From positions 96,001-160,000 of the forward strand of contig CAVRKK010000001.1 of the NCBI GenBank assembly GCA_963722385.1: a DNA stretch of 64,000 bases. The letters run 5' to 3'. The notes under the pieces were generated by a model. The model saw only the letters and a program-made list of their open reading frames with translations, was not told where the DNA came from and searched no databases. Both the position numbers and the translations under genes were made by a program. The first letter of the stretch is position 1, and each line of letters opens with the position of its first letter. This stretch comes from an uncultured bacterium (lineage in GTDB: Bacteria; Babelota; Babeliae; Babelales; Babelaceae). Below are positions 19,312-30,564 of the stretch, piece by piece.

Positions 19312-21048
19312 ATGAGCAAAAAGCATGACCTTAAAATCCTTCGGCATTCCGCAGCGCACCTGCTTGCGCACGCCGTCAGCGAGCTTTTTCCGGGCACCTT
19401 GTTAACGATTGGTCCGGCAACTGAAGAGGGTTTTTTTTACGACTTTCTGCCAGTTAAAAACTTCAAAGAAGAGGATTTGGTTCTTATAGAAGCGCGTATG
19501 CACATTCTTGCCGATAAAGATATACCCATTACGCACCAAGAAATAAGCAAAGAAGAAGCGCATGAGCTCTACAAAGACAACCCTTTTAAGCTTGAGCTTA
19601 TCGATGCAATACCTGGCGAAACCGTTGGGCTCTCCGTACAAGGCGACTTTTATGATCTCTGCCGTGGCGGCCATGTCGCATCTACCGGTCAGCTCAAGCA
19701 TTTCAAGCTTTTTGGAATTTCTGGTTCGTATTGGCGCGCAAATCGCGCAAACCCGGCACTCCAGCGAATCAGCGGCACTGCTTTTTTTACCAATGAGGAA
19801 CTTGCCGATTACGAGCACCAACAAGAACAAGCCCGCCTCTATGACCATCGAAGAATTGGCAAGCAACTTGACCTTTTTTCATTCCAAGAAGAAGGCGTTG
19901 GGTTTCCCTTCTTCCATCCCAGAGGCAAAGCCGTTCTTAATGTCCTCGTAGCACATATGAGAAAATTGCATGCTGAATACAATTATCAGGAAGTTAGTAC
20001 GCCAACGCTCTTGAATGTAAGCCTTTGGCAGCGCTCAGGCCACTACGACTATTACAAAGAAAATATGTACTTTTGTGATATTGACCAAACAAGATACGCA
20101 CTCAAGCCAATGAATTGCCCAGGGGCAATCTTGATCTATCAAAACCGGCCACGCTCATACAAGGAGCTACCGCTCAAGCTTGCCGAGTTTGGTCATGTTC
20201 ATCGGCACGAGTTATCTGGTGTACTTCATGGGCTCTTAAGGGTGCGTGCTTTTACGCAAGACGATGCGCATATCTTCTGCCAAGTCAGCCAACTGGAAGC
20301 AGAAATTCGGACTATCCTTGCTTTCATTAATCGCATATTGCGTACGTTCTCGTTCGGCAAAATTAAATTTGCCCTCTCCACCAAGCCCGATAAAGCTATG
20401 GGAAGCGAAGATGTTTGGGAAAAAGCAATAGTCGCCCTTGAGCGAGCACTTCAAGCAGAAGAATGCCCTTATGAGATTAAGCCCAAAGAAGGCGCATTCT
20501 ATGGGCCTAAAATTGAAGTCGATATCGAAGACTCGCTTAAGCGCTTATGGACCTGCAGCACCATTCAGGTTGATTTTTTACAGTCAGAAAATTTCGACTT
20601 GAGTTATATAGCAACAAGTGGCGAAAAAGAGCGGCCGGTTATAATTCACCAAGCAATCTACGGTTCGCTTGAGCGATTCTTTGCTATTTTGCTTGAACAT
20701 TACAAAGGCCAATTGCCGGTATGGCTTGCGCCTATACAAGCACGTATCTTGCCTATTACTGATGTGCAAAGGGCATATGCGGCAAAGCTTTATGCGGAGC
20801 TTAAGGGCCAGGGGCTACGCATTGAAGTCGACGAGAGCGGCGATCCTTTATCAGGCCAGATCAAGCGTGCTCAGGTAGAAAAAATTCCGTGGATGCTTAT
20901 TGTGGGACCAAAAGAAGAAGCAGCAGCGACCGTAACGCTTCGACATGCGACAGGGCAGCAAGAGCACGACGTTAAGCCAAGTGAACTCGCATATCGGGCC
21001 CTGCCTGAGGAGCGCGTATTGGAAAATAAGGCCCAGGTTTCTTCCTAA
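19312..21048 (+). CDS. thrS: Threonine--tRNA ligase (no N-terminal TGS domain)
   Basis: RHSAAHLLA, DLCRGGH, DHRRIGK, KPMNCP, RVRAFTQDDAH, GAFYGPK, GSLERF. Confidence 0.98.
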   Translation: MSKKHDLKILRHSAAHLLAHAVSELFPGTLLTIGPATEEGFFYDFLPVKNFKEEDLVLIEARMHILADKDIPITHQEISKEEAHELYKDNPFKLELIDAIPGETVGLSVQGDFYDLCRGGHVASTGQLKHFKLFGISGSYWRANRANPALQRISGTAFFTNEELADYEHQQEQARLYDHRRIGKQLDLFSFQEEGVGFPFFHPRGKAVLNVLVAHMRKLHAEYNYQEVSTPTLLNVSLWQRSGHYDYYKENMYFCDIDQTRYALKPMNCPGAILIYQNRPRSYKELPLKLAEFGHVHRHELSGVLHGLLRVRAFTQDDAHIFCQVSQLEAEIRTILAFINRILRTFSFGKIKFALSTKPDKAMGSEDVWEKAIVALERALQAEECPYEIKPKEGAFYGPKIEVDIEDSLKRLWTCSTIQVDFLQSENFDLSYIATSGEKERPVIIHQAIYGSLERFFAILLEHYKGQLPVWLAPIQARILPITDVQRAYAAKLYAELKGQGLRIEVDESGDPLSGQIKRAQVEKIPWMLIVGPKEEAAATVTLRHATGQQEHDVKPSELAYRALPEERVLENKAQVSS

Positions 21049-21093
21049 ATTAGGGGTCTTCGTGCTATAACATTCCCAGCAGAGGGAGGAAGC

Positions 21094-22293
21094 ATGACAC
21101 GAAGATACACACTGGTTCGTAGAGCGCTTTGTATAAGCATATTAATACTAAGAACGCCCATGGTCGGAGCGCTCGACTATGGGCATTTTTACCGTGCTGC
21201 TTTCTGGCGCGGAGAACCTCGCACCGCGAAGCCGTTCATTTCGAGCCTCAATGTCGTATTTGGTGGAGCATCGGCAAGTACCTCATTTAATAGCCAGGGC
21301 GAGAAAGTCCCCCTTTTAGCTATTTTTGGCCATGAAGACCTTAAGGAACTGGGCGTGATTCCTGCTCATATGGCGCGGCCATGCAAAGACCTTTCTTTTG
21401 CAGGACAGTTCAGCCTTTTGGAGATGCAGCTCGATTACGTGGTAAATCTGGATAATGGTTTTTTTGGCCAGCTTCATTTTCCTGTTCGATCTTTTTTATT
21501 ATCAGATATACGGCCGAGTCAGACGACGGGGAAGTGCGAGCGCGCGTCCGAAGCACTTTTCAACGACCTAAAGCATCACGCTCTTGAGCTGAAAACAATT
21601 AATAAAACAGGCTTTGGGGACTTGACGATTCTTGGAGGGTGGGCTGGCTCAAGCTCTGAGAGCACTACTTTTGACTTTATTGATGTAAGTGGCCGTATAG
21701 GGGTTCTCTTCCCCACGGCATCGCGGGGCGAGCCCTGTAACGGCAATCTATGTAACATTATGTCTCTAGGGCAAGGCGGTGCCTTTGCTTTTCCGGTGAG
21801 CGCCAGTGCAGCGGTAGGCTTTTTAAACTGGCTCAGCTGTGGCGTGTACGGGCTTGGTTTATTCTTTCTTGAACGGACTGATATGTCCTTTTTGCGCACA
21901 AGCCATCGCCAGGAGGGATTCATAAGGGTTGTATCCGCTGATACCTTGGTTAAGGATGGTACGTTATGGGATTTCATTACGTACGTCAAAGCAGACCATT
22001 TTATACGCGGCCTTTCGTTGATCATAGGCTATAGCTATAACCAAAAGGACCCAACCTCGGTGCGGCCTTTTTCGGGAAAACATGACCTTAGTGTCATAAG
22101 CGGTGATCCAACACTTTTAGGCTGGAATATGCACGTAATTAACTTTTTTGGCGAGTATGATTGGTCAAATGAGGATAATCCGCTTGGCCCCCGCTTGGCA
22201 ATTCAGTATAACTATATTTTTAAGGGCCAGCGAATCTTTAACGCATCAACAGCAGGCGGGACGGTAGGTATCGACTTCCAGTGGCGATTTTAA
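21094..22293 (+). CDS. Probable outer-membrane beta-barrel protein
   Basis: Signal peptide, alternating amphipathic strands, C-terminal ..IDFQWRF. Confidence 0.65.
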   Translation: MTRRYTLVRRALCISILILRTPMVGALDYGHFYRAAFWRGEPRTAKPFISSLNVVFGGASASTSFNSQGEKVPLLAIFGHEDLKELGVIPAHMARPCKDLSFAGQFSLLEMQLDYVVNLDNGFFGQLHFPVRSFLLSDIRPSQTTGKCERASEALFNDLKHHALELKTINKTGFGDLTILGGWAGSSSESTTFDFIDVSGRIGVLFPTASRGEPCNGNLCNIMSLGQGGAFAFPVSASAAVGFLNWLSCGVYGLGLFFLERTDMSFLRTSHRQEGFIRVVSADTLVKDGTLWDFITYVKADHFIRGLSLIIGYSYNQKDPTSVRPFSGKHDLSVISGDPTLLGWNMHVINFFGEYDWSNEDNPLGPRLAIQYNYIFKGQRIFNASTAGGTVGIDFQWRF

Positions 22294-22696
22294 AATTTGA
22301 TTCGTTCAGAAAAGTTCGCAAGAGCGCTCATGGTCGAAATTCAGTCGTGGCCAAAGCTCACCAATGCGATAAATAATAGCAAGCTAAATTTCATGAATGG
22401 CCTTTCAATAGGGGCCTCAAAAATCACCATAGCTGTTTGCCAGGCTGCCAGGGGCGGGCAGAAATGGCGCAAAATTACGCGACATCATTTTAACATGCTT
22501 GCCGGCCTTTGCAACCACTTTCTCTGAAGATTCTTGCAGAGCTTTTCAGTCGCCATTGCCTATCTCCTGATTATGTTAGCAAGCATTCCATTGCCAATAT
22601 TTCAATTATAAAACTATTGAATTTTTAATCTGCAAACTGATACCATGAGATTAATGGGGGGAGTAGTAATGATCGCAATTTTAAAGGGGAGGTTTT

Positions 22697-23158
22697 ATGA
22701 AAAGGATACTTTTAGGAATAGCTTTAGCAAGCATTACTTTAGGGGCGTACGCATTACACGAAAGCAAGCCTCAAGATAGAGCAATAGATAACTTGATTGC
22801 CTATAATAAAATGGAAAAGGGCCACACGTATGATTGGGTTGAACTTTCGCGGAAGTTTCATGATGCAAAATCCAAACTGATCGAGAAGCACCATATCGAG
22901 TGTGCAGACCTACACGATGAGATGTTGCATCTAATCAAGAAGGAAGGATGCAGCGAAGATGTGTTCGAAGAAAAACTCGATCACAAGATCGCTCTCCACG
23001 AAAAGCAAGTAGAAGAGTGGCGTGCCTTATGTGAAGGCCATTCTAAAGACGCTATGAAGTTTTACCATGCACACAAGCAAGAGCTGGAGCAATTCAAAAA
23101 GCACGTTGGCTTTGAGAATGAAGCACCGTCAGGCGCTGAAAAAGAGGCGTGTGATTAA
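22697..23158 (+). CDS. Secreted His/Glu/Lys-rich helical protein
   Basis: GGAGG RBS, signal peptide (AYA|LHE), many His. Confidence 0.8.
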   Translation: MKRILLGIALASITLGAYALHESKPQDRAIDNLIAYNKMEKGHTYDWVELSRKFHDAKSKLIEKHHIECADLHDEMLHLIKKEGCSEDVFEEKLDHKIALHEKQVEEWRALCEGHSKDAMKFYHAHKQELEQFKKHVGFENEAPSGAEKEACD

Positions 23159-23180
23159 ATATTAAGAGAGCTTAATTAAA

Positions 23181-23213
23181 TGACAGGCTAGGAAATTAAT
23201 TCCTAGCCTGTCA
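23181..23213. terminator. Long hairpin, probable terminator
   Basis: tgacaggctaggaa-attaa-ttcctagcctgtca (14-bp stem). Confidence 0.7.
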
Positions 23214-23326
23214 GACCTCAAAATTAAAACAGATGTTTTAATTTTCAAACTATTAATATCGCAAACAGGACAACAATGTAATAATAACTCATAGCGCGTT
23301 TGCTATTAAAAAGTACTAAAGGAGAA

Positions 23327-24325
23327 ATGATGTTCGACAACACCAGAAACTATAAAATGATTTTTCTGCTGTGCATGGCTCAATCAGCTCTATGTTTAGC
23401 GCCTATTGAAGAAAAAATGCCCCCTGTGGAAGTAGAGCATCCAGAGACAGGTGAGCGTGAAATTACCCCCAAGAGAACCCCAGGGAAGCCCCAACCAACT
23501 TCGCCGGAACAAGGCGAAGAGATGCAGCCTCCTTCAGGTGGAGGTGGAACTGAAGAAGCTGGGGGTGCCGTTAATGTACCGACTATTCCTGTTGGTGAGG
23601 GAAAACCTGAAGGCGGCGTTATCGTTACACCTGGAAACCTTTCTGACCTTTCACCAGCAAATCTGGGTGAGACCTTAGCCGCTAATTCTAATTTTGTGCC
23701 TGAAACGGCAGGGTTTTCACTCCTCAGTACTTTTTCAGATGCTCAGTTTAGAGTGGTACAAAACGTATTTGATGCCTTTTTTGATACGACGTATGATATG
23801 GGACGTGTCATGGGCAAAGTAGCTGAGACTTTGGGCGAAGCGCTGTCGTCTCGTTCTCCAGCAGCTGCGAGGGTCCTGGATCGTCTTGCTGATATTCTCG
23901 ATATTTTGGTAAACCACATAGATGCATTAAAAAAATTAAGCGCACGAAACCTAGAAAAGGTTAGAACCGAGGTCGGTTCAGGTATGGACGCTCTTGCTTC
24001 GGGACGCTTGCTTGCGGAGATCGGCTCTGATGCCGTTCGCGCTCTCCGGCGAATCATTAATGTAGTGCAGCAAATAAATATTTACCAGAACCTTTTATCA
24101 GAGTCCGCCATTTTGGGTTTTGATATTAAAACAGAGAACCCGTTGGATGTAGATCACGCTTACGACAAACTATATACTCAGCTTGTAACCAGATCTGATA
24201 TACCGGAGTCAGAAAAGCGCGCGAAAGAATATAAGCTAGCTCGCGATATAGCCATAAAGAACATCAAAAGGCTTAATCAACTAAGAGAGCAATATACTGT
24301 GCTTAGCGAGCCCAGAAAGAAATAA
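23327..24325 (+). CDS. Secreted hypothetical protein with Pro/Glu/Gly-rich N-terminus
   Basis: AAGGAG RBS before ATG 23327; hydrophobic leader; long ORF. Confidence 0.75.
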   Translation: MMFDNTRNYKMIFLLCMAQSALCLAPIEEKMPPVEVEHPETGEREITPKRTPGKPQPTSPEQGEEMQPPSGGGGTEEAGGAVNVPTIPVGEGKPEGGVIVTPGNLSDLSPANLGETLAANSNFVPETAGFSLLSTFSDAQFRVVQNVFDAFFDTTYDMGRVMGKVAETLGEALSSRSPAAARVLDRLADILDILVNHIDALKKLSARNLEKVRTEVGSGMDALASGRLLAEIGSDAVRALRRIINVVQQINIYQNLLSESAILGFDIKTENPLDVDHAYDKLYTQLVTRSDIPESEKRAKEYKLARDIAIKNIKRLNQLREQYTVLSEPRKK

Positions 24326-24418
24326 ATTTTTGATATAAAGCGCATCATTGACAAATTGGCTATACGCTGCGTATGCTATTAGTTACAAGTTCGAAAGTTT
24401 ATTAAAGGCGAGGTTGAG

Positions 24419-24982
24419 ATGAATATAAATACATTAAAACTTTTAGCAATATTTTTTGCTGCGGCAAGCGTGGAAACGCTCGTTGCGGGAATTGATCGCT
24501 ACCAATCAGTAAGGCAGCTTCCAACAATTATTAAGGCGACTGAAAAAAGTCGTACATTGACGGTTAGCAAAGAGCATATGTGCGGCATTGGGGTGCCCTG
24601 TCGCATGGTTTCTATCTGGAAGCCTCTGGTTATTTATGAAATTGTCCTCCAAAATAATGAAAAATTTGATTTAATTCTTGGCACCAACGCAGATAGTCAA
24701 AAAGAAGGGCAAGCTCTTCTCAAAAAATTTACGGTGCGCCCCGGAGATCAAATCTGTTACAGCGATTATACTCACAGCTCATTTCCATCCATGATAGCAT
24801 CTCGTGCTGAACCTTCTCTTGCAAGCCACTCATGCGTTTTCCCAATACTTTATAGAGATGGCAAGACTTTGTTAGCATATAATCTTAAGTTGTGCGGCAA
24901 GTCTATCGAAATAACGAAGGCTCGTGGACAGCAACAAGATCCAGGAATGAATCCGCACCTTTTATGTCCCCTCGTCGATTAA
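24419..24982 (+). CDS. Secreted hypothetical protein
   Basis: TTGACA/TATGCT promoter, GAGG RBS, signal peptide. Confidence 0.75.
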   Translation: MNINTLKLLAIFFAAASVETLVAGIDRYQSVRQLPTIIKATEKSRTLTVSKEHMCGIGVPCRMVSIWKPLVIYEIVLQNNEKFDLILGTNADSQKEGQALLKKFTVRPGDQICYSDYTHSSFPSMIASRAEPSLASHSCVFPILYRDGKTLLAYNLKLCGKSIEITKARGQQQDPGMNPHLLCPLVD

Positions 24983-25154
24983 AGTCGGTTTTGATGGGCG
25001 ACGCACAATAAAAAGGCTCTCTTCTTTCATATCTCATCATTTTTAGCAATTTGAATCAAAAGCTACTTAAAATATATATTTTACTCTAATTTGCTATAGT
25101 GAAATTAAAACGGTAGACTATTGTTACAATATTATTGTCTGTTTGAAAGGTTTT

Positions 25155-26513
25155 ATGAAATTTTCATTTGCAAAAGGACTTGTGGTGCTTGTGCTTGTCG
25201 TAATGCCTCTGGTCGGCATGGAAGACCCAAGACAACCTTTACCTCAGGGAGAGGATGCTCAAATGAGCCTATCGGCTAAAACATGCAATCCTCAGGCACA
25301 ACGTTTGCTTTTGGATGCTCTCTCGTGCGATATCTTGGATTACCATGCGGTGTCATTGGCCCTTGAGCAAGGAGCTAATCCTTCTTCTTGGTGTAACGAT
25401 CTTGACGACGAGCTTTATCGTCCCCCACTCTTTTATGCACTCAGCCACATCGATATTGATGAAAATGGGCAAGTCAGGCCGGATGTTTTCGAAATAATCA
25501 AGCTGCTTATTGATTGCGGGGCTGACGTTAATGCTGATTTTAAATCAACTACCCCTCTTAAATATTATTTGAGTAAACATAGCAATACCCAAGTTCTAAC
25601 TTTTTTACTCGACCAAGGTGCCAGTATATGGGTAAAGCCTGGAGGGCTTATCAAATATGTGCTCAAGTCAAAAGATGTTTTTTTTGCCTTGATGGCGTAT
25701 GGCTTTTGTTTTAATGAATGGATAGCCCAAATGGCCAAATTTGCCAAACACCTGAAAAAGGTTAGCAACAAGCCCGGAGCAATCTCTGAATTTAAGGATC
25801 CGCTCTCCTGGTTGCTTGTGCGAAAAGTTCCCGTTGATAGGTCAAGCTTCTAGCGTAATCTTGGTCGCTGTTTCAAGAAGTCTTTACTTCTGCACCTAGC
25901 TTATCATGAGACAAAGAAAGCTTCCTCTATGCTTGAAAAAATGGCTTGCCGCCTGGAAGGTTTAGAAAATGTTGGCTCTTTAGCATGCTCGTCTGATACT
26001 GCCCTTCTTATAAATAAGGCTTTTAAGATGGCAGCTGCTTATGGCCTTACCGATATTGTATCGCTAATCGGGAAAAAATTCAGATTTCTTTTGAGGCCAA
26101 AAGCACTCCAAGAAGCTTTTTGGAGTGCTGCTCTGACAGGATCTCTTGGCGTTCTTGAAATTCTGTACCGAGAAGGCGCTATCGAAGAACATTTATCTCA
26201 AGATACCATTACCGATGCACTGGTAATAGCCGCTGCTCAACGCCATGACGATGTGGTACGATTTCTGCTCGATCTTGACCATGCGTTGGCTCCGTGCACA
26301 GGTCTCGTCTCTGAGCTTGACCTTGCTAACTTAGTTAGCCACCTTTGCATGCTAACGTAAGATAAGCATATGCCCCGACATGTACGCTTAAGATATGAAC
26401 AAATCAAAGCAATGATCATCCAGCAGGTTGAGTTAAGAACGATAACACATCGAGCAATAGGCATTCCCTCTTTGCCTGTAGCTCCAGCACCTAATTTTTT
26501 TATCGGAAGCTAA
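25155..26513 (+). pseudogene. Secreted ankyrin-repeat protein, disrupted
   Basis: Fragments 25155-25853 and 25929-26360 with ankyrin motifs (LLIDCGADVNA, TPL); paralogous layout to 28565-30370. Confidence 0.7.
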
Positions 26514-26915
26514 CTCGATTTCTTTCTCGCCTAATCACCGTAGAATAGTAGGTGATAGGCTAGGCACAAACACGAAGAGCTACAACGCGACCTATTTCAC
26601 GGCTTATCTCATCTAGAAGATTCTCTTCTTCTATCTCTCCTCGGTCAAGTCTTTCAAATACGCTCGAGACAATATTTAATAGCCGTGGGAAGAGAACAAC
26701 GAGCGAACTAAAAACAATATTTGCGAAAACGCATAAAACACCCCTGAGCACATCTTGCTCCGGTTAAATTTTTTACAAGACCGCAAAGCTGAAAACTTTT
26801 GATATTAATTCTGAATTGAATCTTGACTTAAGCAATATCGCTATGATAGCATTATTTACAATTGAAGTTATAATAGCAATAAATTAATACGTGGGTTAAC
26901 TGAAAAGGAAAAATC

Positions 26916-27656
26916 ATGACACAATTATATCTCCTTTTGCTATGCTTGATCAGCTTCGGGGCATTGGCGCAAGATGAGTATGAGTGGCCAATTGGTGGAC
27001 ATCTTACCGAAGAGCAGAAAGAAAATGCCAGAGAAATAGAAGATTTTCTTGAAACGCAGAATCCTCGGGTTGTGGAAAGAATAAGGCAAAGCCCGCAAGC
27101 ATATATTAAGTTTATAGAAGAGCCTTTAAAGAAGATACGCGAGCATAGAAAAAATTGTAATGGGGTAGCACGGTATAGCATACAGCGAGATAAAGAAGAA
27201 ATAATTCGATTATTCAACGATAATTGGTATTGGCTCATAGCTACAGGAACTGAGTTCGATCCTGCAATGTTTTTAAACACAGGCGATAAGCAGCTCAGGG
27301 GAAAAAGCAAATCGGATTCCAAGATTTTTGTATATTGCGTCCAAGGAAAGCCCGTAGCGTTTATTGCTTATTATAAGGTGGGGCCACATACTGGCAAATT
27401 TCGATTTGTTGGCAACAATAAATATGATGATAAAAATTATGAGCACGTCGAGCAACTTGTGCAATTTGCCATAAATGACTTGAAAAAAATGGGTGTGTAC
27501 CAGATCGAATTGATTACCAGACTCAATAATGTGCGAGATATAGCTCTTTACAAAAAACTTGGTTTTCGTGAAATTGATCGTTTTGGTGATGATGAAGAGC
27601 ATGAAGATAGGTACGTAGAATTAAGAAAATCATTTATTCTTGAAGGAGATGTGTAA
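26916..27656 (+). CDS. GNAT-family acetyltransferase with signal peptide
   Basis: C-terminal IELITRLNNVRDIALYKKLGF GNAT motif; signal peptide ALA|QDE. Confidence 0.75.
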   Translation: MTQLYLLLLCLISFGALAQDEYEWPIGGHLTEEQKENAREIEDFLETQNPRVVERIRQSPQAYIKFIEEPLKKIREHRKNCNGVARYSIQRDKEEIIRLFNDNWYWLIATGTEFDPAMFLNTGDKQLRGKSKSDSKIFVYCVQGKPVAFIAYYKVGPHTGKFRFVGNNKYDDKNYEHVEQLVQFAINDLKKMGVYQIELITRLNNVRDIALYKKLGFREIDRFGDDEEHEDRYVELRKSFILEGDV

Positions 27657-27840
27657 CATAACGTAAGCTTCTAGCATCTTTTCCCAAAGAGCCTTTACCG
27701 CAGCAGGCGATCATTTTAAGAAAGGGCGCTAAAGCTCTTTTACAAGAGGTTATCGGTGCTCTAGCGCAAGTGCGGCCAATTCCCTTCATATAACGCAAAA
27801 CACATAACCTATGCTGTGTTAAAAAAGCTGAGCACGAAGG

Positions 27841-28272
27841 CTATGAGTTTGGCTCCTCTTCGGTATAATATTTGATGAGGTAAGCAACAAGTTCACAGTA
27901 TTGCAAAACTTGTACTGCTGCATAAGTGCCGAGCATACCGTGAGCTAGTATTGATTCAGAAAAATATTTAGTAATGAGCAAAATTATAGCAGCATTGGTA
28001 AGTGCGACACCGGTAGCTAAGCCTGTTAAAAATTCTAATCGTTCTGCAAATGGCAACGCAATTATTTCCTTTAAGATGCCTTCTTCTTCCTCGGTATAGT
28101 AACTTTCACGCGTAGCTCTCGTCCAAGGTGATTTTACTGCAAGTTTTATTCCTTCGACGATATCTTCAAGAGCCCCTACAGGATTATATCGATTAGGCCT
28201 TGAAGATTCCTGGCCAACCAGAGGCAAAAATAGACTTAAGCACACCAATGCTGCAAAAAAATAGTTTTTCAT
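27841..28272 (-). CDS. Membrane hypothetical protein
   Basis: Signal peptide plus two hydrophobic segments. Confidence 0.7.
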   Translation of the reverse strand: MKNYFFAALVCLSLFLPLVGQESSRPNRYNPVGALEDIVEGIKLAVKSPWTRATRESYYTEEEEGILKEIIALPFAERLEFLTGLATGVALTNAAIILLITKYFSESILAHGMLGTYAAVQVLQYCELVAYLIKYYTEEEPNS

Positions 28273-28564
28273 TAATTGTTCCTGAATTCAATAATAAAGA
28301 GCTATAGTTTATTTATAAAAATGCATATTAACAATCAGAATATGCCTTGGCCAAACAATGCCATTTTTCAAATAAATGCATGTCTACAAGTGTAAAGGAA
28401 AATTAACGGTTATTCCAGGCTCTTACTTCATAAGAACGAAACGAACCTGCGCATTTTTGCCAATCGACAAATAGAATAAAAATTATTAAGCTTGATTTTT
28501 ATATCAAATATATGTTAATGTTAATTTAAAGTTTGATAATTGATAATTAATCAGGAAATGTTTT

Positions 28565-30370
28565 ATGAAAAAGTTAACATCGATTGCGCTTATGTTGCTT
28601 TCGCTTGCTCTCTTCGGTAGCAATTTTACCGTGGCGATGGAGCACCCAGGAGAAGAGGAAGAGGAAACTGAAGAAGGCCGCGAGCAAGAAAAGGAAAAAC
28701 CAGGACCAAGCCAAAAACAGCCAGCACCGGTTGAGCCGGGCCGTAAAGAGGCTGGACAACCTCAGAAAAAACAAAAAATAGGTGAGCGAATTCGGAAACT
28801 TCTCGAGGCTTCTCGCAAGCGCTTGCAGTTGCTTGATGATCTTTTGGCTAAGGCTGTAGCTCGTGATGATATTAAGAATGTTATTGCCTACCTTGATCTC
28901 GGAGCTCGCGTTGATACGGCGATAGTAGATGAGCTTGGAACGCCCTGCTCGCTGCTCTATGTATTACTGGGTACAAAAACACCCGAGACTATCAGTGACT
29001 TTCCTTATAATAAACTTTTGCCAGACATCGAAATACAAACTGGCTCTGAGTGGGCACAGCCAAATGCTAAAGCTATTCTTGATCAGCTTCTACAGCATGG
29101 TGCCGATGTCAACCAACCATCAGGCGAGTGGGACGAAACACCACTTTATCTTGCTACTCTTAACTTCCCCTTTCTTGTTCAAGAGCTTATTGATAATGGG
29201 GCAGATATTAATATGCCTAATGACCAAGGAATTTTGCCAATACATCTTGCAGCGATAGAGGGCAATCTTGCGTTAGCAGACTTGTTAATAGCATGGGGTG
29301 GTGATATCAATGCGGAGGCTGAGTTTGAAGAAAACGCACGTCCGTTGACGATGGTGGTCGATGAAGTAGAAGTGGGGAAAGACATGCTTCCTGTTATTTT
29401 GTGGCTTTTAAAGCATGGTGCTGACCTAAATGCAGAGAGAACATATGAAAATGTCTTGTTAGGATTCTTTCAATCGCCTTTGCTCAAGGCGTTAATTGCC
29501 AATGATGAGAAAGGCGCTCTTGAAGCGCTTGAACAATTCAAAAATGAACCAGAGCTGCTTTCCTTAGAAAGATCTTCTTTTGCTACCGCTTTAGCAATCG
29601 CGAGCGGTCGAGGCCAGGAGGCAATCGTACGGTTTATGCTCGATAATTTTAGAAGATATCTGGGTCAACCTGCACGAGCACAAGCTTTATACGCGGCTAC
29701 TATTAACAACCGCGTTGATCTTCTAAAACTTCTGTATCGCTCACTAACAACGGAATCAGCAGAATTAGTCAACCAATCATTCATCGTTGTTGCCGCTCGC
29801 CGCCGCTACCATGAGATTTTCAATTTCCTGCTTTCTGCGCCATATAGCATGCTAACACCTTTGACTCTGCAAACAGCATTTGTTCGCTGCTGCTATGCTG
29901 ATAATGTCGAAGGTGTGCAGACACTCTTTACCGAGGCGCTATCAAGCGATCCTTTTGGTCGACCTGTAGTATCGCCTGCGTGGCTACCAACAATAAATCA
30001 GGGACTTAGATTGGCGGCGCTGCGCGGCAATCGAGAAGTGGTTGAGTTTATTCTTGATCGCTACAATGAGCTCCTTTTGGATATAGACTTAAGATCTGTT
30101 GCGCGTCGACTTGAGCATATACTCCACAATAGACATATGGGTGAAGAACGAAAGTGGCGATATGCCAGCATTCTTGATCTCCTCCTACTTTATGGGCGGT
30201 CTCGCGCAATCCGTCAGCTTGTGCTTCTACCGCGCCGCCAATCCCCTCAATCAACACAGGAAGGATTAGCGGCTGGAATTTCTCGCCTTCCGAGCGAGGT
30301 CATTGACCTCATCGCTCGCAGGCTTCCGTGGAGACCATACATCAACCAGCCGTTTCCTGTTTTTGATTGA
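28565..30370 (+). CDS. Secreted ankyrin-repeat protein with C-terminal F-box-like motif
   Basis: Signal peptide, TPLYLA/PIHLAA..GADIN repeats, C-terminal ISRLPSEVIDLIARRL. Confidence 0.88.
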   Translation: MKKLTSIALMLLSLALFGSNFTVAMEHPGEEEEETEEGREQEKEKPGPSQKQPAPVEPGRKEAGQPQKKQKIGERIRKLLEASRKRLQLLDDLLAKAVARDDIKNVIAYLDLGARVDTAIVDELGTPCSLLYVLLGTKTPETISDFPYNKLLPDIEIQTGSEWAQPNAKAILDQLLQHGADVNQPSGEWDETPLYLATLNFPFLVQELIDNGADINMPNDQGILPIHLAAIEGNLALADLLIAWGGDINAEAEFEENARPLTMVVDEVEVGKDMLPVILWLLKHGADLNAERTYENVLLGFFQSPLLKALIANDEKGALEALEQFKNEPELLSLERSSFATALAIASGRGQEAIVRFMLDNFRRYLGQPARAQALYAATINNRVDLLKLLYRSLTTESAELVNQSFIVVAARRRYHEIFNFLLSAPYSMLTPLTLQTAFVRCCYADNVEGVQTLFTEALSSDPFGRPVVSPAWLPTINQGLRLAALRGNREVVEFILDRYNELLLDIDLRSVARRLEHILHNRHMGEERKWRYASILDLLLLYGRSRAIRQLVLLPRRQSPQSTQEGLAAGISRLPSEVIDLIARRLPWRPYINQPFPVFD

Positions 30371-30564
30371 TGAGGCATCTATCAATTTTCTAAATATAAG
30401 TATTTTTGTTGATAAATCTTTAAAAATCGTAAAAGCGAAAGGTTTTTTTGACGCAAGCGATACTCCTATTTCTAATAATGGGTTCTGTGCAATCTTTGCC
30501 CATAAGTCTATGAAAATCAATCACTATATGGTATGATTTTCATGAACTATGATATAGGAGAATT

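Noticed and set aside
19402..19866. Long antisense or alternate-frame ORFs over thrS, dnaB, rtcB, proS and others
   Set aside because: They are shadows of well-supported genes with no independent signals.
22297..22570. ORF 22297-22527 and a minus-strand AGGAG-ATG mini-ORF
   Set aside because: No recognisable similarity; likely a remnant.
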